A stretch of 62,503 nucleotides of DNA, the filler included, from Catajapyx aquilonaris (taxonomy: Eukaryota): the NCBI GenBank assembly GCA_000934665.2. It is 2 parts of 2 records of this genome, joined end to end, with 100 filler letters (N's around TTAATTAATTAA, not from the genome) between each part and the next. Parts side by side here need not be neighbours in the genome. Positions count along the whole stretch, not along the records: positions 1 to 31,152 come from KZ539176.1; 1 more part is not named here. One strand, written 5' to 3'. The notes beneath the pieces were generated by a model. The model worked only from the letters and a program-made list of their open reading frames with translations. It was not told the origin of the DNA and ran no database searches. This document shows, in pieces, positions 1 through 11,526 of the stretch. A program made the position numbers and the translations under genes. Positions within the stretch are counted from its first letter, which is position 1; each line of letters starts with the position of its first letter.

Positions 1-79
1 CATGGGCCTGGTTGCCGCCATCATTTGAGACGAACAGAAGTAGCCAGGGCTACAAATTGCTCCAAGAGCAAGTCACATG

Positions 80-190
80 TGGGGAATTCTCATAGGCCGG
101 GTGGTCATGTTGTTTCCTCTGCATCTGTATCAATCCCTGTCTGCAGCTCTGGTGTTCCAAGGTTGTTGAGAGGTCCTGGACCGTTCTTTT
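80..190 (-). pseudogene. Parvovirus/densovirus-type phospholipase A2 (VP1u) motif remnant, frameshifted
   Basis: Minus-strand translation GPLNNLGTPELQTGIDTDAEE/(frameshift)QHDHPAYEN resembles the parvoviral PLA2 pattern GPGN-L-x-GEP-x-ID-x-DA-x-EHD-x-AY. Confidence 0.45.
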
Positions 191-1099
191 CTGTTTTAAT
201 CCAAAGAAATGCTTCATGGAGCCATCTAACACCTGCATTAATCTCACGAGGGTCTAAAGTATTTCATTTCCATGCAGTCTGCTGAAGTGACTCCATGAGG
301 ATTATTCTCAGGGGAAGGAAATGGAAAATATTAGTAAAAAATTTTTACCCTGGGGTTTTTTAAATATTTCCTCTACAGTCCATTGTAGATTGGGGATGTG
401 AAATCGCTGGTACTGTCCCTATGTCCATATCTGGTTGAAAAAATTCGGCAAGTCCATACCACCATGGCTGCCTTACTGGTGCCACACCTGCTGACCCACT
501 TGCTGACCCACTTGCGGGCCAGCACATACCGCCCAAGTTGGGATCTGAGGTTCTTAATTTTTGTTTGATATTGGCAGGTGAGGTGTGGACATGCACCCGA
601 TGAACAGATAACTCTCATGTTTGTGTTGTATGCATCAATAACTCCTGGCCTAGGTACCCAAATAGCCTGAACCCAAGTAGAGTGGTATAGTCGAGTCCAA
701 AGGTAAAACCGTCTTAAAGTGACAAAAACCTACATCTGAGAAAAACGCATTTGAAAATCTTTTCGATATAGCACTCGTCCCTTTGCTCGGAAGGAAAATA
801 TAATATGAAGAGCGTGCGCGTAAAACCCAATAAATCCGAGTACTCCAATTTTACAGGAAGGGCTGAAAACTGTGCCCGAATGACCATTAGGGTTACAAAT
901 TTCACTTCTGGCATAATATGTAGAACACCTCCGAGAGATGCCTTCTGCAGTCATTACTCACTTCAAAGTTGTCAGGTCAATGAAATATTTGACCTTGAAG
1001 GATGGATATGTGGGTGTTTGTACGCAACACGTAGATTATGGGGTGTCTGATTGGAATACAATCATGGCAAGAGTAGTGCACAGAAAGGAGCTACAGTGC

Positions 1100-1660
1100 A
1101 AAATCAATTTTTTTCTGTCTGGATGAGACAACATCCCTTGGAGTAGCTGTTCCAAGGGAAGGAAATACCCCACACTACCATCATTGCCTAATTGCACTCG
1201 CGATGGTTTGACAAAATGCAAATGTTGTTCATAATATCGCTTTCTCTTTCTGTCGGTTGTTAGTGCTTGCAATTCCACACTTGGAATGCCAGCAGTTTCA
1301 AGAATATCTTGAATGCTTGTGACCACATAAGGAATTACTGTTTTTGCCACTTGGTGGTGCCCCTCCAGGGAAAGACACAAGTTAGTGGTTTGTGCCATGA
1401 CAGAGCTATGCACAGTCTCTTCTTCAGCATCTGTTACAGCAGGTTCACGAGTGTCTTGTTCTATTTCCATTATACTCTCATTTCCCTTGCCCACACATGC
1501 TTTAAAATGCATTTTGTAGTTGGAAAGCTTTCTTACAAATGAGTTACAAACATGACATCTATAAGCTTGTACATTTGATGGATGCTACTGCCGCATATGG
1601 CGACAAAATCTGGACAGTTTGGCACACTGGAAAATGCAATTTGGGACAGGTGTGCTTCCA
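1100..1660 (-). mobile_element. EnSpm/CACTA (CMC)-like transposase N-terminal fragment with two zinc fingers
   Basis: CP/NCIFQCAKLSRFCRHMRQ*H and YRCHVCNSFVRKLSNYKMHFKAC fingers, then LCLSLEGHHQV...TTDRKRKRYYEQHLHFVKPSRVQLG...YFLPLEQLLQGML, typical of the N-terminal region of animal EnSpm-like transposases. Confidence 0.65.
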
Positions 1661-3449
1661 TATGCCACTACTTTGATGCATCACCTTTGACCCAGTAGAT
1701 CCACTTGCACGTTGTTCAGTTCCTCCAGCTCCAAGAATGCTGCTGGATGGCTCTGCTGCTGCACCTGTGAAGATGTTTCGTCTCAAAACAAGAACAAACA
1801 ATTTGCATTTTGCAGGCAGCTAATGACATAGCTGCTAAACAAGAAGGCATGGACAAAGCATCTGAAATTGTGACTGAAACACTTCCTATACTACTTCAAA
1901 GCTTCCGTTGGAGTGATGTGTTAAATAACGGCACAGATCATAATCGTTACATCATGTCTAATTTTTCAATTATCAATATGGATGCCTCTTATGCTCTGGT
2001 GCATTGCACCTAATATGCTGATGTTATACTGAAACCATAAGTGGTCTGAAGCAAGTTACCATATACCTCATGCTTGATCACTTCTCTCTGCATCCGTCTG
2101 AGAACCTTCCTTGCTGAAATGTGCCAGTGATGGCGGATTCAGTTCTGAAAAAATCAAGTTCAAATTATTATCAATAGAACGAAGAATGTGTTTGTCAATG
2201 GGACAATGTTGGTGAGTAACAAATGAAAGCCAAGGACTAAATGGGTGGAAGGAGAGAAATGCTTACACAGAAGAAATTGTGCAAATATCTATGTCCAGGA
2301 AACTGCTGATATCTTTGTCAAACATTTAACTGGGTACAAAGACAGGTGTACGACATCTTACAGGATGCCAACAATGCAAGTGAATCCGGTATGTCTTGTG
2401 GCTCAAACTCCTCAAATGTCTAACAAAATCTCCACTTAATATGCTAACCGATGTGGTCCTTCATTTCACTGCCGGGTGCACAATTTCAGTCTTTGGCGAG
2501 AACCGAGTTCTGAAATCGAAAATTCCGTGGTCAGCGACAATTTCGTTGCAGACTAAATTCGTGACTGACCTCGGATTTATTTATTTTTCAATCGATATAG
2601 GACTACATCATATTTGTTGGGGTGACAAATAGACCTGACCTAGACAGCCTGTCCCTGAATTGAGATGGAATGGACCAGGATATTATTTTTTTAAGGACCA
2701 GCAAAAAAGCTTGAGCTATTTTGAATATTATGTTACGGTCATTTTTTTTGCTGAATCCGATTTTCTACCCAGATGTACTCTGAAGATGAAAACAACTGTC
2801 CCACTGCATATAATGCTTTTATCCAACGGTGGTCAACCCTATATTGTTGAACTTGTCGAGGGTAAAAAGCAACACATGACATGTAATGCCTTTTGCCAAC
2901 AGTCCTGTCGGATGGTAAAGTACTACAATATTTATACCACTTACGAGAAGAAAAACCCTTTTGTGACATTTATATGTGCCAATTAAAAATGCAGGTAATG
3001 ATGGCTATATACTTTCTCAACAGTTACTTACCTCACCTGAATGAAGAGGGATGATGTTCCATTCACCCCACCATCATTCTGTTGTGGTTTGTTGTGAGAA
3101 ATAAATACGAATCGACTCCACGACTGTACAGTTTATGATAGGGAAAATTTATTGACACTCTCTGGACGGTGTGTAAAATATAATGACACCAATGACACTC
3201 ATATATACTGTATAATAGTAGCTGTATATTTCATGGTATGAGAATAATAACTGCCAACATTGCAGCTGTTAGTAAATGACACTGCAACTTCTCAGTCTCC
3301 TACAATTACGTTACTAAGCTGTCAGGTGAATAGGCAGAGGTCAGAGCTCTCATCGCTCTCGGGTAGGTTTTCCCAGAACAACCTCCTGTTGACAGGCATG
3401 CTTGGACAGAGGCTGCTGATGATGATCTTCTTGCTAGGAAGGATGCCTC

Positions 3450-3640
3450 TGGGTTTTTGGTTGGGAGCCATTCAGCCATATCTTGCGGGAATTGTAGTCC
3501 ATATCCCAATACTGCTCGTGGATAATTGCTCGCTCTTCCTCTGATATCTTCTGCGAGCATGAAAACTGGCATTTATCAGCACTTGGAAGCATTGGATGCT
3601 TCTGGAGATCACGTTTCTTCTTTGCCTGGGGGGGTACGGC
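3450..3640 (-). mobile_element. Sola1-type transposase N-terminal fragment
   Basis: KCQFSCSQKISEEERAIIHEQYWDMDYNSRKIWL matches the C-x3-C-ISEEER-x-I-x-FW block that precedes the Sola1-type core. Confidence 0.55.
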
Positions 3641-3659
3641 ATCGAACATGTGACTTTGT

Positions 3660-4210
3660 ACCTGCAGCAGCTGCTGGTACGGCAGGTACTTCAGCTGCTG
3701 CAGCACCCTCTATTCCCACCGCAGCCTCAGGTTCTAGGTGTGCCCCACCTACAGGATCCATGGCTGGCAAATCTTGATACATGACCACGTTTCCACCTAC
3801 AGGAAAGTCGGGAAATAATGTCCATTCTGCTCCATTAATGCGAAATTTACATTAATATAGTATCGCCTGCTAGTCAAATAATCCCTATTTGGCTTCCATT
3901 GATTCTTCATGTACTCTGCAACTTTCAACTGGGCATACTGCTTCATTTGTTGTTTTATACTTGCTGCCAAAGCTGCATCTTGTACCGCACGCCACTGTCC
4001 GGCCATTTGGGCTTTGAGATCCGCAATCACATCCACATGAGCATTGTAGATCAGGCCAGTCCAGCCTAAGCTAACCTGCCTGAAAAAAGGCTTCTCCAAT
4101 GTTCCAAAAACCTGGGCCCAATTCATGGAGGTTTGCAATAACCTGTCGTGTATGTGGTTCCACGACATATAAAGATTGCAGCGCGCCAATATTTCTCTCC
4201 ATGTCATCAC
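3660..4210 (-). pseudogene. Unassigned coding fragment, possibly an endogenous negative-strand RNA virus nucleoprotein
   Basis: Open 137-aa ORF (3797-4210) with helical character (RQVSLGWTGLIYNAHVDVIADL...GQWRAVQDAALAA...DYLTSRRYYINVNFAL), followed after a frameshift by an Ala/Pro/Glu-rich tail. No TE motif recognised. Confidence 0.3.
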
Positions 4211-5204
4211 ATTTATTGCAATAATGCAATTTTTTTATGTACAGATAGAGGAGTCTTTCCGCAACTGTGGTTGAATGGGACGGATTGACGTAAGAGGCCT
4301 TCCATTTTGATCACTTCTGCAAATGGAAGTTCGAACATTTCAAACTCATGATCCGCTTGAAATATGTCTTTTCCCAAAAGTGACGGGTTAACACTGTGGA
4401 TTGCTCTTTAGAAGTTTCCATCTTGACTGGCGAAAATTTTCCAAATATGCAAAAATCCACAGCTTATGTCGATTTTTAGTAGACCATTGATGATAAACCG
4501 GCTGCCGGACAGTTTGCCTTGCCTCGGGTGTCCACAAAGGGGCTTAGGTTATGTAAATAAACCGAGGCACGACAGCCCTCCTCAATAATAATCAACACAT
4601 TTGCAAATCCGGCAGCTGTATTGTTGCGAAACCAGCTCCTCCCGGAATTTGCCAACATCTTCATGATCGATATCACTGCAACGGCAGACTGTATTCTTGG
4701 TCCGATCAAGACCATGGTGGCAGCTCATTTCCCAAGTGACGTTACTACGCTGCACATCGTATTCGTACTGCAAAAGGTATGATTGTGAGACTTGTAGACG
4801 TTCTCCCTGGTGTATTATTGGTCGCGACTCTGAGTGGCAGAGTCCATGCGATATACGTGACCCATGCCTGTAAGGAGGCAGTACTTCTCGTAAGGTCATC
4901 CGTTGACAACTTGGAAACAAGACACGGGTTCGTCTTGCGTTTATCGAGGCCTTCGGGGAATTTAGAAATCAACCACAATTATCCCTAGAAAACCAAGAAG
5001 TTGTGGTGATGCGCAGGAAGTGTCGGAAGAATACAGGTCACATCATTTGACATCAGTTTAAGTAGGATAATGCAAATTTATTCACAGTGGTTTGGTTAAG
5101 TGGCTCTCACTGCACACTAAGGGTTCCGAGGGAGACGGCGTAAGGTTAGAAGAAGAGGGTGGCTCAGCGCATCTTCGGTTCTCCAAATCGACAGTGGGTC
5201 AGCT

Positions 5205-6784
5205 GCCCCTTGAATGGAATAATCTGTTCATCTCTTGATTCTTGCAACTCGGGCTCTGTACAGCTGGCAAATGCCTCATTGAACTTATAAAGTAATGTTC
5301 TGACCTTGTACAATCTGTCGTAGCCTTCCTCTCCCTTTTTCTTAATCAAGGTATTGTCACAAAAATGTAGAACCGACAAAATTTCCTCAAATCTGTTACA
5401 CGTCATATGTGCATCATCAATAAATCCCTGACGTGTAGCAGGAGACCACTACATCCGACGAAAGGGCAGCGCCACTACACTCATGTAAATACATATTCCC
5501 AAGAAACCTCGAATTTCCCTACTTGTTACAGGCTTCATTCTCGTCCTGTTCAGCTGAATGCGAAATCGGTTACATTCAAAGACTATAAAATCAATAATTA
5601 CATCTTGATGAAACTGGGTGTGAAACATGTCAAGTGGTGTTTCAGCTACTAGTGCTGGTCCAAGAAGTACAATATCTTTTTCTGGAGTAATGTGGATTGG
5701 TAGGTCATGTCTCGCCCACTGCCGAGGAGGAGGCTTGCTTTTCTTCTTCCCTCTTGGTTTCTTCATTGAAGTTTTTGCACGGGTTTGACGGTTACCTGCT
5801 TTGTTTGCATCACGTTGTTTACGCACTGTAGCCTTTCTAGGTTGTGCTCTTGCTCTTTTTGGTGCTGACGGAGTACCGGTACTGCAAAGGAAATTATACA
5901 CATGCCATGTAATGAGCATAATACTTATGAAATATTGTAATAAGGCAATAAGCTTACCTTGTAGAAGGTGCAGGCAATTCTTTTACATCTAATTCTGATT
6001 CCTCATGGCCAGAACTTGGCTCATATGTTGGATCGTCAACATCAAGATCCTCTTCAGACGGTGCACCTTCATCACCATCATCAGTGTCCTCGTCATGTGA
6101 TGGGCTGTCATTGCCATTATCTCTGTGATTCTCTTCGAAATTTTGCTCATCTTCATCATCGCTTGCCCGTTCGTCTTCGCTACCCGAAGGCGGGCCATAG
6201 TCCCCACGTAAGAGATCCGCTATGTCTTCTATCTCTTGGCAGTGCATTCCTAAGAAGTGTGTACAGGTTCATTGACAAACAACAATGGCATAATAGGTGG
6301 TAATGGTTACTTTGTTATGTATCTTATAACATATCCTCTTTGACACAGTGTCCAATATAATGGCAGCCCCCAGGTGGCATGAATGTCCCGTACTGCATCA
6401 TGTCCAAAAATATTGGACGCTTGTTATTCTTATCTATGGCTGTTTGGCAACTGCACATGTTTTTATGAATCAGGCGAGAAAGTAACCGGGATAGCCTCAT
6501 AGAAAGTGCAATAACAAAGAGAACCCTGTGTGATTTGAGGAAATGCCATAACTTCACAATTTATTATAGAGAGTCGTATACTTACACGGATTTCTTGGGG
6601 TCGGCCATGTTGCCTGGGGCCTCCAGGGTTACCAATCTCAGTGAGAGGTATCTTAGCGCGAAAGTTCGAAAGCCATTCCGTCCAATATTTTGGACATCAT
6701 GCAAAAAAAGTTCCAGTTGTGCTCATTTCGCGGTAATAAATTTGCAAACTATGTCCGATATATTGGACTATATGCAACAAAGGG
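5205..6784 (-). mobile_element. piggyBac transposon, 5' end plus N-terminal half of transposase (3'-truncated)
   Basis: Acidic N-terminus; GT-AG intron 5882-5957 (phase-compatible); TPLDMFHTQF...EIRGFLGICIYM; MTCNRFEEILSVLHFCDN...DRLYKVRTLL...DEQIIPFKG (first catalytic D) with one in-frame stop. Terminus CCCTTTGTTGCAT at 6784 and GTCC-n-GGAC palindromic subterminal repeats. Confidence 0.9.
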
Positions 6785-7174
6785 TTTGAATATAGGGTCG
6801 TATTTACCTAACAAAATCTTCTGGCATACGCTGGCCGCAAGTCCATATCCCGAAATCAAGGAAAACAGGCATGATACTCTAGGTTTTGAATATACTGCGC
6901 GAGGTATCTTGCATAACCTCGGTTGCCCTTCCTCTCACTCGTTCAAATCCCCTTCTTCCAGCATCATGATTATATGACTGCTTATCCGCCGACACGGCTA
7001 TATATTATGGATGTTCAATCTTAAATGCTACAGAAATGTTCGTTACTGGTACTGGCCACTGTATCGCTCTGTATAAGGTATATCGCTCACTGTCTTAACA
7101 TTTCCTAACTGCATGACTCAAAATGGAACCAGCCATGTCACATGAACTGAGCACTACACACACTAGATGCGCTC

Positions 7175-7605
7175 ACCGTTTTCATCATGAAATTGCCAGC
7201 AATAATTCTTGGATTGGTTCTGGTGGACATATGTTTCGTCAAGCCAGACAATCAGTGGTCGTTCCTCCTCAGGTACAGCCATAACTTCCTTCATCTGCCT
7301 GAGATACACGGCTCCGTGTGCTGCTACATCTTTGCGCTCCATTAGGACATGTCTGTTATCACGTGTTCTGCGGAACTGGAATCCCAAATTCTTCAGAATT
7401 CTGCAAGTGATAATTGCAAGTATTTTTAGTCCATTGTTGAGCCTAGGTTAAAGGATGATACAGACATACCTGTTCATGCTACTGTTGGAGCCTGTCCAGC
7501 CACGCTGCTCCTTTAATTTTTTCGACAATTTGGCTACCGTCACAGTGTCTTTGTTGAGGCACATGTCGATGAAAACTCTCCGCAATAGGCTCCCGTCAAA
7601 GGTTA
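7175..7605 (-). mobile_element. IS630/Tc1/mariner-superfamily transposase fragment (HTH to first catalytic D)
   Basis: FDGSLLRR...VAKLSKKLKEQRGWTGSNSSMNR, intron 7401-7469, then ILKNLGFQFRRTRDNRHVLMERKDV...YLRQM...IVWLDETYVHQN...YCW. Confidence 0.8.
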
Positions 7606-7723
7606 CTTGGCCCTCTAGTTCATAGCCACATTTTTTTTTACATTTGGCCCTTACACCTTTTCTCGCTTCCTTTTTAACTTCATCAAATGACATCCAAACA
7701 ATATCACGTTTTCTACCAGCCAT
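7603..7723 (-). mobile_element. hAT transposase N-terminus (partial BED zinc finger)
   Basis: MAGRKRDIVWMSFDEV...GVRAKCKKKCGYELEGQV fits the BED pattern W-x2-F...AKCK-x-C...G; truncated before the His ligands. Confidence 0.65.
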
Positions 7724-7889
7724 ATTAAATTGGTGAACTTAGCCAAACAGGTCTACACTCTGCCATTAAATGTCACAAGCAGCTCTTTGCTTCAGTACAC
7801 CAGGAAAGAAGAGTGCAATAATATGGTGCAACCACTGCAACGTATGATTGGATATTGCTAAAGGGGATTTCCCATGCAGTGGGAATTCC

Positions 7890-8185
7890 GCCAGAAACTC
7901 ACGGAAGATCTTCATTGAGTGCTCCCACGTCTCGCCTGCTTCCTCCTTCACACCATGCACCAGCAGGTTGTTCCGCCTCGATTGATTCTCCGACCTTTCC
8001 ATCTGCCTCTCCAATGTCGCAATGCGTTGTCTTAGTTCTTCATTTGACTGCTCCAATATAGTGGTCTGTTCCTCTGTTTTCTCCGTCCATCGACCCTCCA
8101 GATCTCCGATTGCTTTACGCACCGTTAGGTCCAGCTCCGACCTGAGCTTGTTGATGCGGTCTAAAGTCGCCAACGGAAAATGGGG
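7890..8185 (-). mobile_element. Non-LTR retrotransposon (CR1/L2-type) ORF1 fragment: coiled coil and start of RRM
   Basis: LEQSNEELRQRIATLERQMERSENQSRRNNLLVHGVKEEAGETWE. Confidence 0.8.
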
Positions 8186-8384
8186 AGACTCCCGTAGATT
8201 ATCAGTCGGCGGGAGCAGAAAAAAGGCGAACCTTCCTGCTCGGGCTCACTGGAGCGAGTCCAATGAGAACTGAATTACAGCAGGCACTTGAGAAAATTTC
8301 TTAGGAGCTTCATAATATATTATTACTGGTGTGTGCTCTCAAGTATTCACATGCATTCCAGATGTGAGCTTAACTGACCTTGAT

Positions 8385-8556
8385 TGAAAATGGTTGATTT
8401 TGCGAATGGCAGCAATCTATTCCTCAGTGTGCTTGAAAATTGGGCATCACTATAATGTACAGCACAAAACCTCACATTCTTGTGCACTTGAATGGATGAC
8501 CCATGGTGTTGCAGTAGGGCACTGCACTCAGTTGCATTCAGCCATTCATCACACCT
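8385..8556 (-). mobile_element. THAP zinc-finger exon (C-terminal half of domain)
   Basis: RCDEWLNA...VRFCAVHYSDAQF...RLLPFAKSTIF fits THAP W...C-x2-HF...L-x3-AVPTIF; preceded by a CAG acceptor. Confidence 0.7.
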
Positions 8557-9049
8557 GTAAGATATAGTAATAATGGTGACTATCACAATTCACTCGTACA
8601 GTACATCAAAATCCCAATAAAAATACAGAAAGTGGTAGGACACTCAACTACATAAGAATACACACACAGAAATGGCAAAGAAGTTTGTTCCTCTCCAGAA
8701 TGTCTGATGTGTCTTAGATCAGACATTCTAGAAAAGAACAAGCTTATTCAGTTCGCTCCTTGTTATGTGCTTCTGCACCTAGCACATAAGGATATGAGTG
8801 GGTACTAATAACACACGTTATGTAAAAGAGCACACTGTATTGGATCTCGAATCTAGTACAAGCAACGGCTATGGAGGCCTGGCCTGCACTGGTGGGCCAC
8901 AGGGAGAGGTCTTGCCTCAGGTGGGGAGAGGTGGAGGAGGATTGCACCACAGCTCGCAACAGCCCAAGCGCTCCACTGGCCGGCCTCGGGTAGGGGGGAA
9001 ACCCCTCGGATCACCAGTGCTGGAAACAATCTGATTATCGTACTACAAC

Positions 9050-9250
9050 ACTCCTTACTGAAGCTTTGTCCTTAAATACCGCTCTCAGGGTGCGTTGCTT
9101 CTAGTAATACTCCAAACGGAGCAGACAATACGCCTGCGACACCTGCATCATAAGCTGATGGGCATGTGGTCGCTCACATCCCAGCTCTTCTTCTATGGGG
9201 TGTGCTCGAAATGGGCATTTGCCTGAACTAATCATCTTATGGACTACTTC
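9050..9250 (-). mobile_element. P-element/THAP9-like transposase C-terminal fragment
   Basis: Manual translation HAHQLMMQVSQAYCLLRLEYY*KQ...KASVR resembles the C-terminal H-x-L-I-x-Y-x-IRL-H-K helix of THAP9-like transposases. Confidence 0.45.
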
Positions 9251-9369
9251 CTTAACTGCTGACCAAAAATGTGGTCATATACGACTACTTCGTCAGTGAC
9301 CACCCACAAGTGGTCATTTCTGACCAACTCCATTTTTATTTTCTGGCTTCTCTTTCTGGGGTTGTTTCA

Positions 9370-9575
9370 ACTCCATGCAATTTGTGGCGCAGACCTGACC
9401 GGTGGCTGAATGTCTTGTCACACACGTGACAAATGTGTGCAACACTCTTTTGTTGCACTGGTGGATCACTGCCCACAATTCTCCCTTGCACTTTCACTTT
9501 ATGTCGGTGTAGACTTGTCCGGTGGCTGAATGTCTTGTCACACACATGACAGATGTGTGCATGTGATGACATCTT
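9370..9575 (-). pseudogene. Two tandem C2H2 zinc-finger repeats (fragment)
   Basis: HICHVCDKTFSHRTSLHRHK and HICHVCDKTFSHRSGLRHK; near-identical ~45-bp DNA duplication at ~9398-9441 and ~9518-9561. Confidence 0.7.
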
Positions 9576-9662
9576 CTTCGGGTTCTTCCTGATGGTCAGG
9601 GGAAGAGAGTATACTGTGTACTGTGCTTGGTCTCCAGGACAGACATCTTCCACCTGACTGGA

Positions 9663-10590
9663 CACGGTTACAGTCGCGGTAGTAACCGCGAGTGCCGCTG
9701 GCGTCGATGCTACATGCTACAAGTTTAGTAGCATATGGAGACGCAGGTATTACAGGAAATCCGCCATTTTGAAAAACCAATCGGCCATCTTTGAAATTCG
9801 CCGGACCTTTTTGGATCGGCCACAGCGGCCACTTCGACACTCGCAATTTCGTTCGCGTTCAGCTTTGCAATTACAGGTTACTAAGTGCAAAATGTTTTCA
9901 GGTGCAGCTTCCTGCAGGGTAGGGACTGGTCTTAGGCCAACCTTCCATCCCCAGTCCAATGGCGGCATTTCCACACCTCGCCACTGCTGCACCTGGTGAA
10001 ACACCCGAAGAGAATGTTGTTTCGCTGCAGCCGTCGTAGGAGGGAGTGTGGCCAAGTTGAAACTGGCATGGACAGGCGACCGTTTTAATGTACGCCCGAT
10101 GCCTCGCGGTGTCCTTGGCTTCTCTCCATACATGGCCAGGAGGAACTCTTCACCTGCCACTGTCACCTCATGTGCTGATGAAATTGGGTTGTTGAACACT
10201 TCCAGCCTGTCACGAAGAGTGGGATTCCTCTTAAGTTTTTTAAAATGCCCCCGTTTTTTTTCTCCTATATGGAGCAGATGTGATGTCGCACCCAGTGACT
10301 GCATGAAGAAAGAGCATAATTATGCCTTGCCATGTCTCCCAAAGATCTTTACAGTCGGCTGCTGCTATACACTTCGTCCGCCCGTTTCTTCGTTCCCGGC
10401 ATGAGCATCCTGATGTCTTGATCCTCCTTCGTTAGGGCAATCAAGATGATAAGATCTGTGTATTCGTTGGTGGGCGAGCAGACAACTCATATTTTAGGTA
10501 ACCAGCAAGCTCGTCGTCACTGCGAAGGGTGCAGATGATGCGGTGAAACAGCTGGTTGGGATTGACTGTTTCCCCCCGTACCATGATATA
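9663..10590 (-). mobile_element. Chapaev/CMC-like large DNA-transposon protein, C-terminal part (PIN/XPG-like motifs plus CXC tail), internally deleted, with probable terminus
   Basis: VNPNQLFHRI...YLKYELSARPP, deletion, EYTDLIILIAL...LFLHAVTGCDITSA, then LATLPPTTAAAKQHSLRVFHQVQQW...PLDWGW...APENILHLVTCNCK...CEC. CACGG at 9663 is a candidate terminus. The superfamily label is less certain than the TE origin. Confidence 0.7.
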
Positions 10591-11510
10591 GGGGCGGATG
10601 ATATGCCAAAAGGAAGGCGGTTCACCTGGAAGAGTCCCTTGTGAGAGTTCAGCGTCAGCAAAGCCTTGGATTCCTCGTCTAGCTCCAACTGTGTATACGC
10701 CTCCGCCAGGTCCATTTTCGAGAAAGTGGTAGCTCCCTCCAGCGTTGCCCTCAATTCCCCTACTGTTGGCAGGGTGTATTGGTCCATCACAAGGGCCTTG
10801 TTAACTGTGGCCTTGTAGTCACCGCAGATACGAATCCCCCCCGATGCCTTCCTTACTGTCACTATAGGCGTAGCCCACTCGGCATGCCGAATGGGGGACA
10901 GTGTACCTGTGGCCACCAGGCGGTCCAGCGCGGCAGCCACTTCGTCCTTCAGTGCGAAAGGAACCGGGCGGCTCTTGCAGAACACTGGTGGGTATTGTGG
11001 ATCCACCCTCATGGACACCGCTGGCCGGCTTCCCATTCCCCTTGGTGGGTTTCTTTGCCCCCTGCTTCTTCCCCTTGCATACCTTGGCAATATGCCCCAC
11101 CTTGCTGCATGCATTGCAGCATACCTCCTTCGCCCAACAGGAGTCCCCCCTGTGGGTTTTCGAGCCGCAACGGTAGCAACGGCTGGTGTCTCTCTCCTGG
11201 TCATTGCTGCTGGGCCCCCGTTTCATCTTGCTTGATGCCACCTTTGTGGCCCTTCGCACCAGGTTGACCTCCCATCTGTGGTCTGCTGGCGGAGTTGCTT
11301 AACATTTAGGCCAGCTGCTTCCATTGCCGTGGCGATGTCGACCGCCTCGCTGAAGGTCAAGCCCGTCTCACCCAACAGTCTCACCTGGGTTTGCTGGTCC
11401 CTCAGCCCCCAGACGAACCTGTCCCTCAGCATCTCCTCCAGCTGGTCCTCGTAGCTGCAGTTTGTCGCCATGCGCCGCAGCTCTGCAGCATACTCTGCCA
11501 GCGTCTAGCG
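10590..11510 (-). mobile_element. Ty3/Gypsy gag-pol fragment (gag, double zinc knuckle, 5' part of RT; protease deleted)
   Basis: LRDRFVWGLRD; CYRCGSKTHRGDSC and CNACSKVGHIAKVC; RPVPFAL...WATPIVTVRK...IRICGDYK...FSKMDLAEAY...RLPFGISSAP, ending before YxDD. Confidence 0.92.
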
Positions 11511-11526
11511 CATCTAATCGCCTCCA

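Noticed and set aside
714..915. Possible Kolobok-type terminus (TTAAAGTGAC...)
   Set aside because: No partner end or TSD found; resemblance only.
10779..11267. Plus-strand ORFs over the Gypsy fragment
   Set aside because: Antisense shadows of GC-rich coding sequence with no recognisable motifs.
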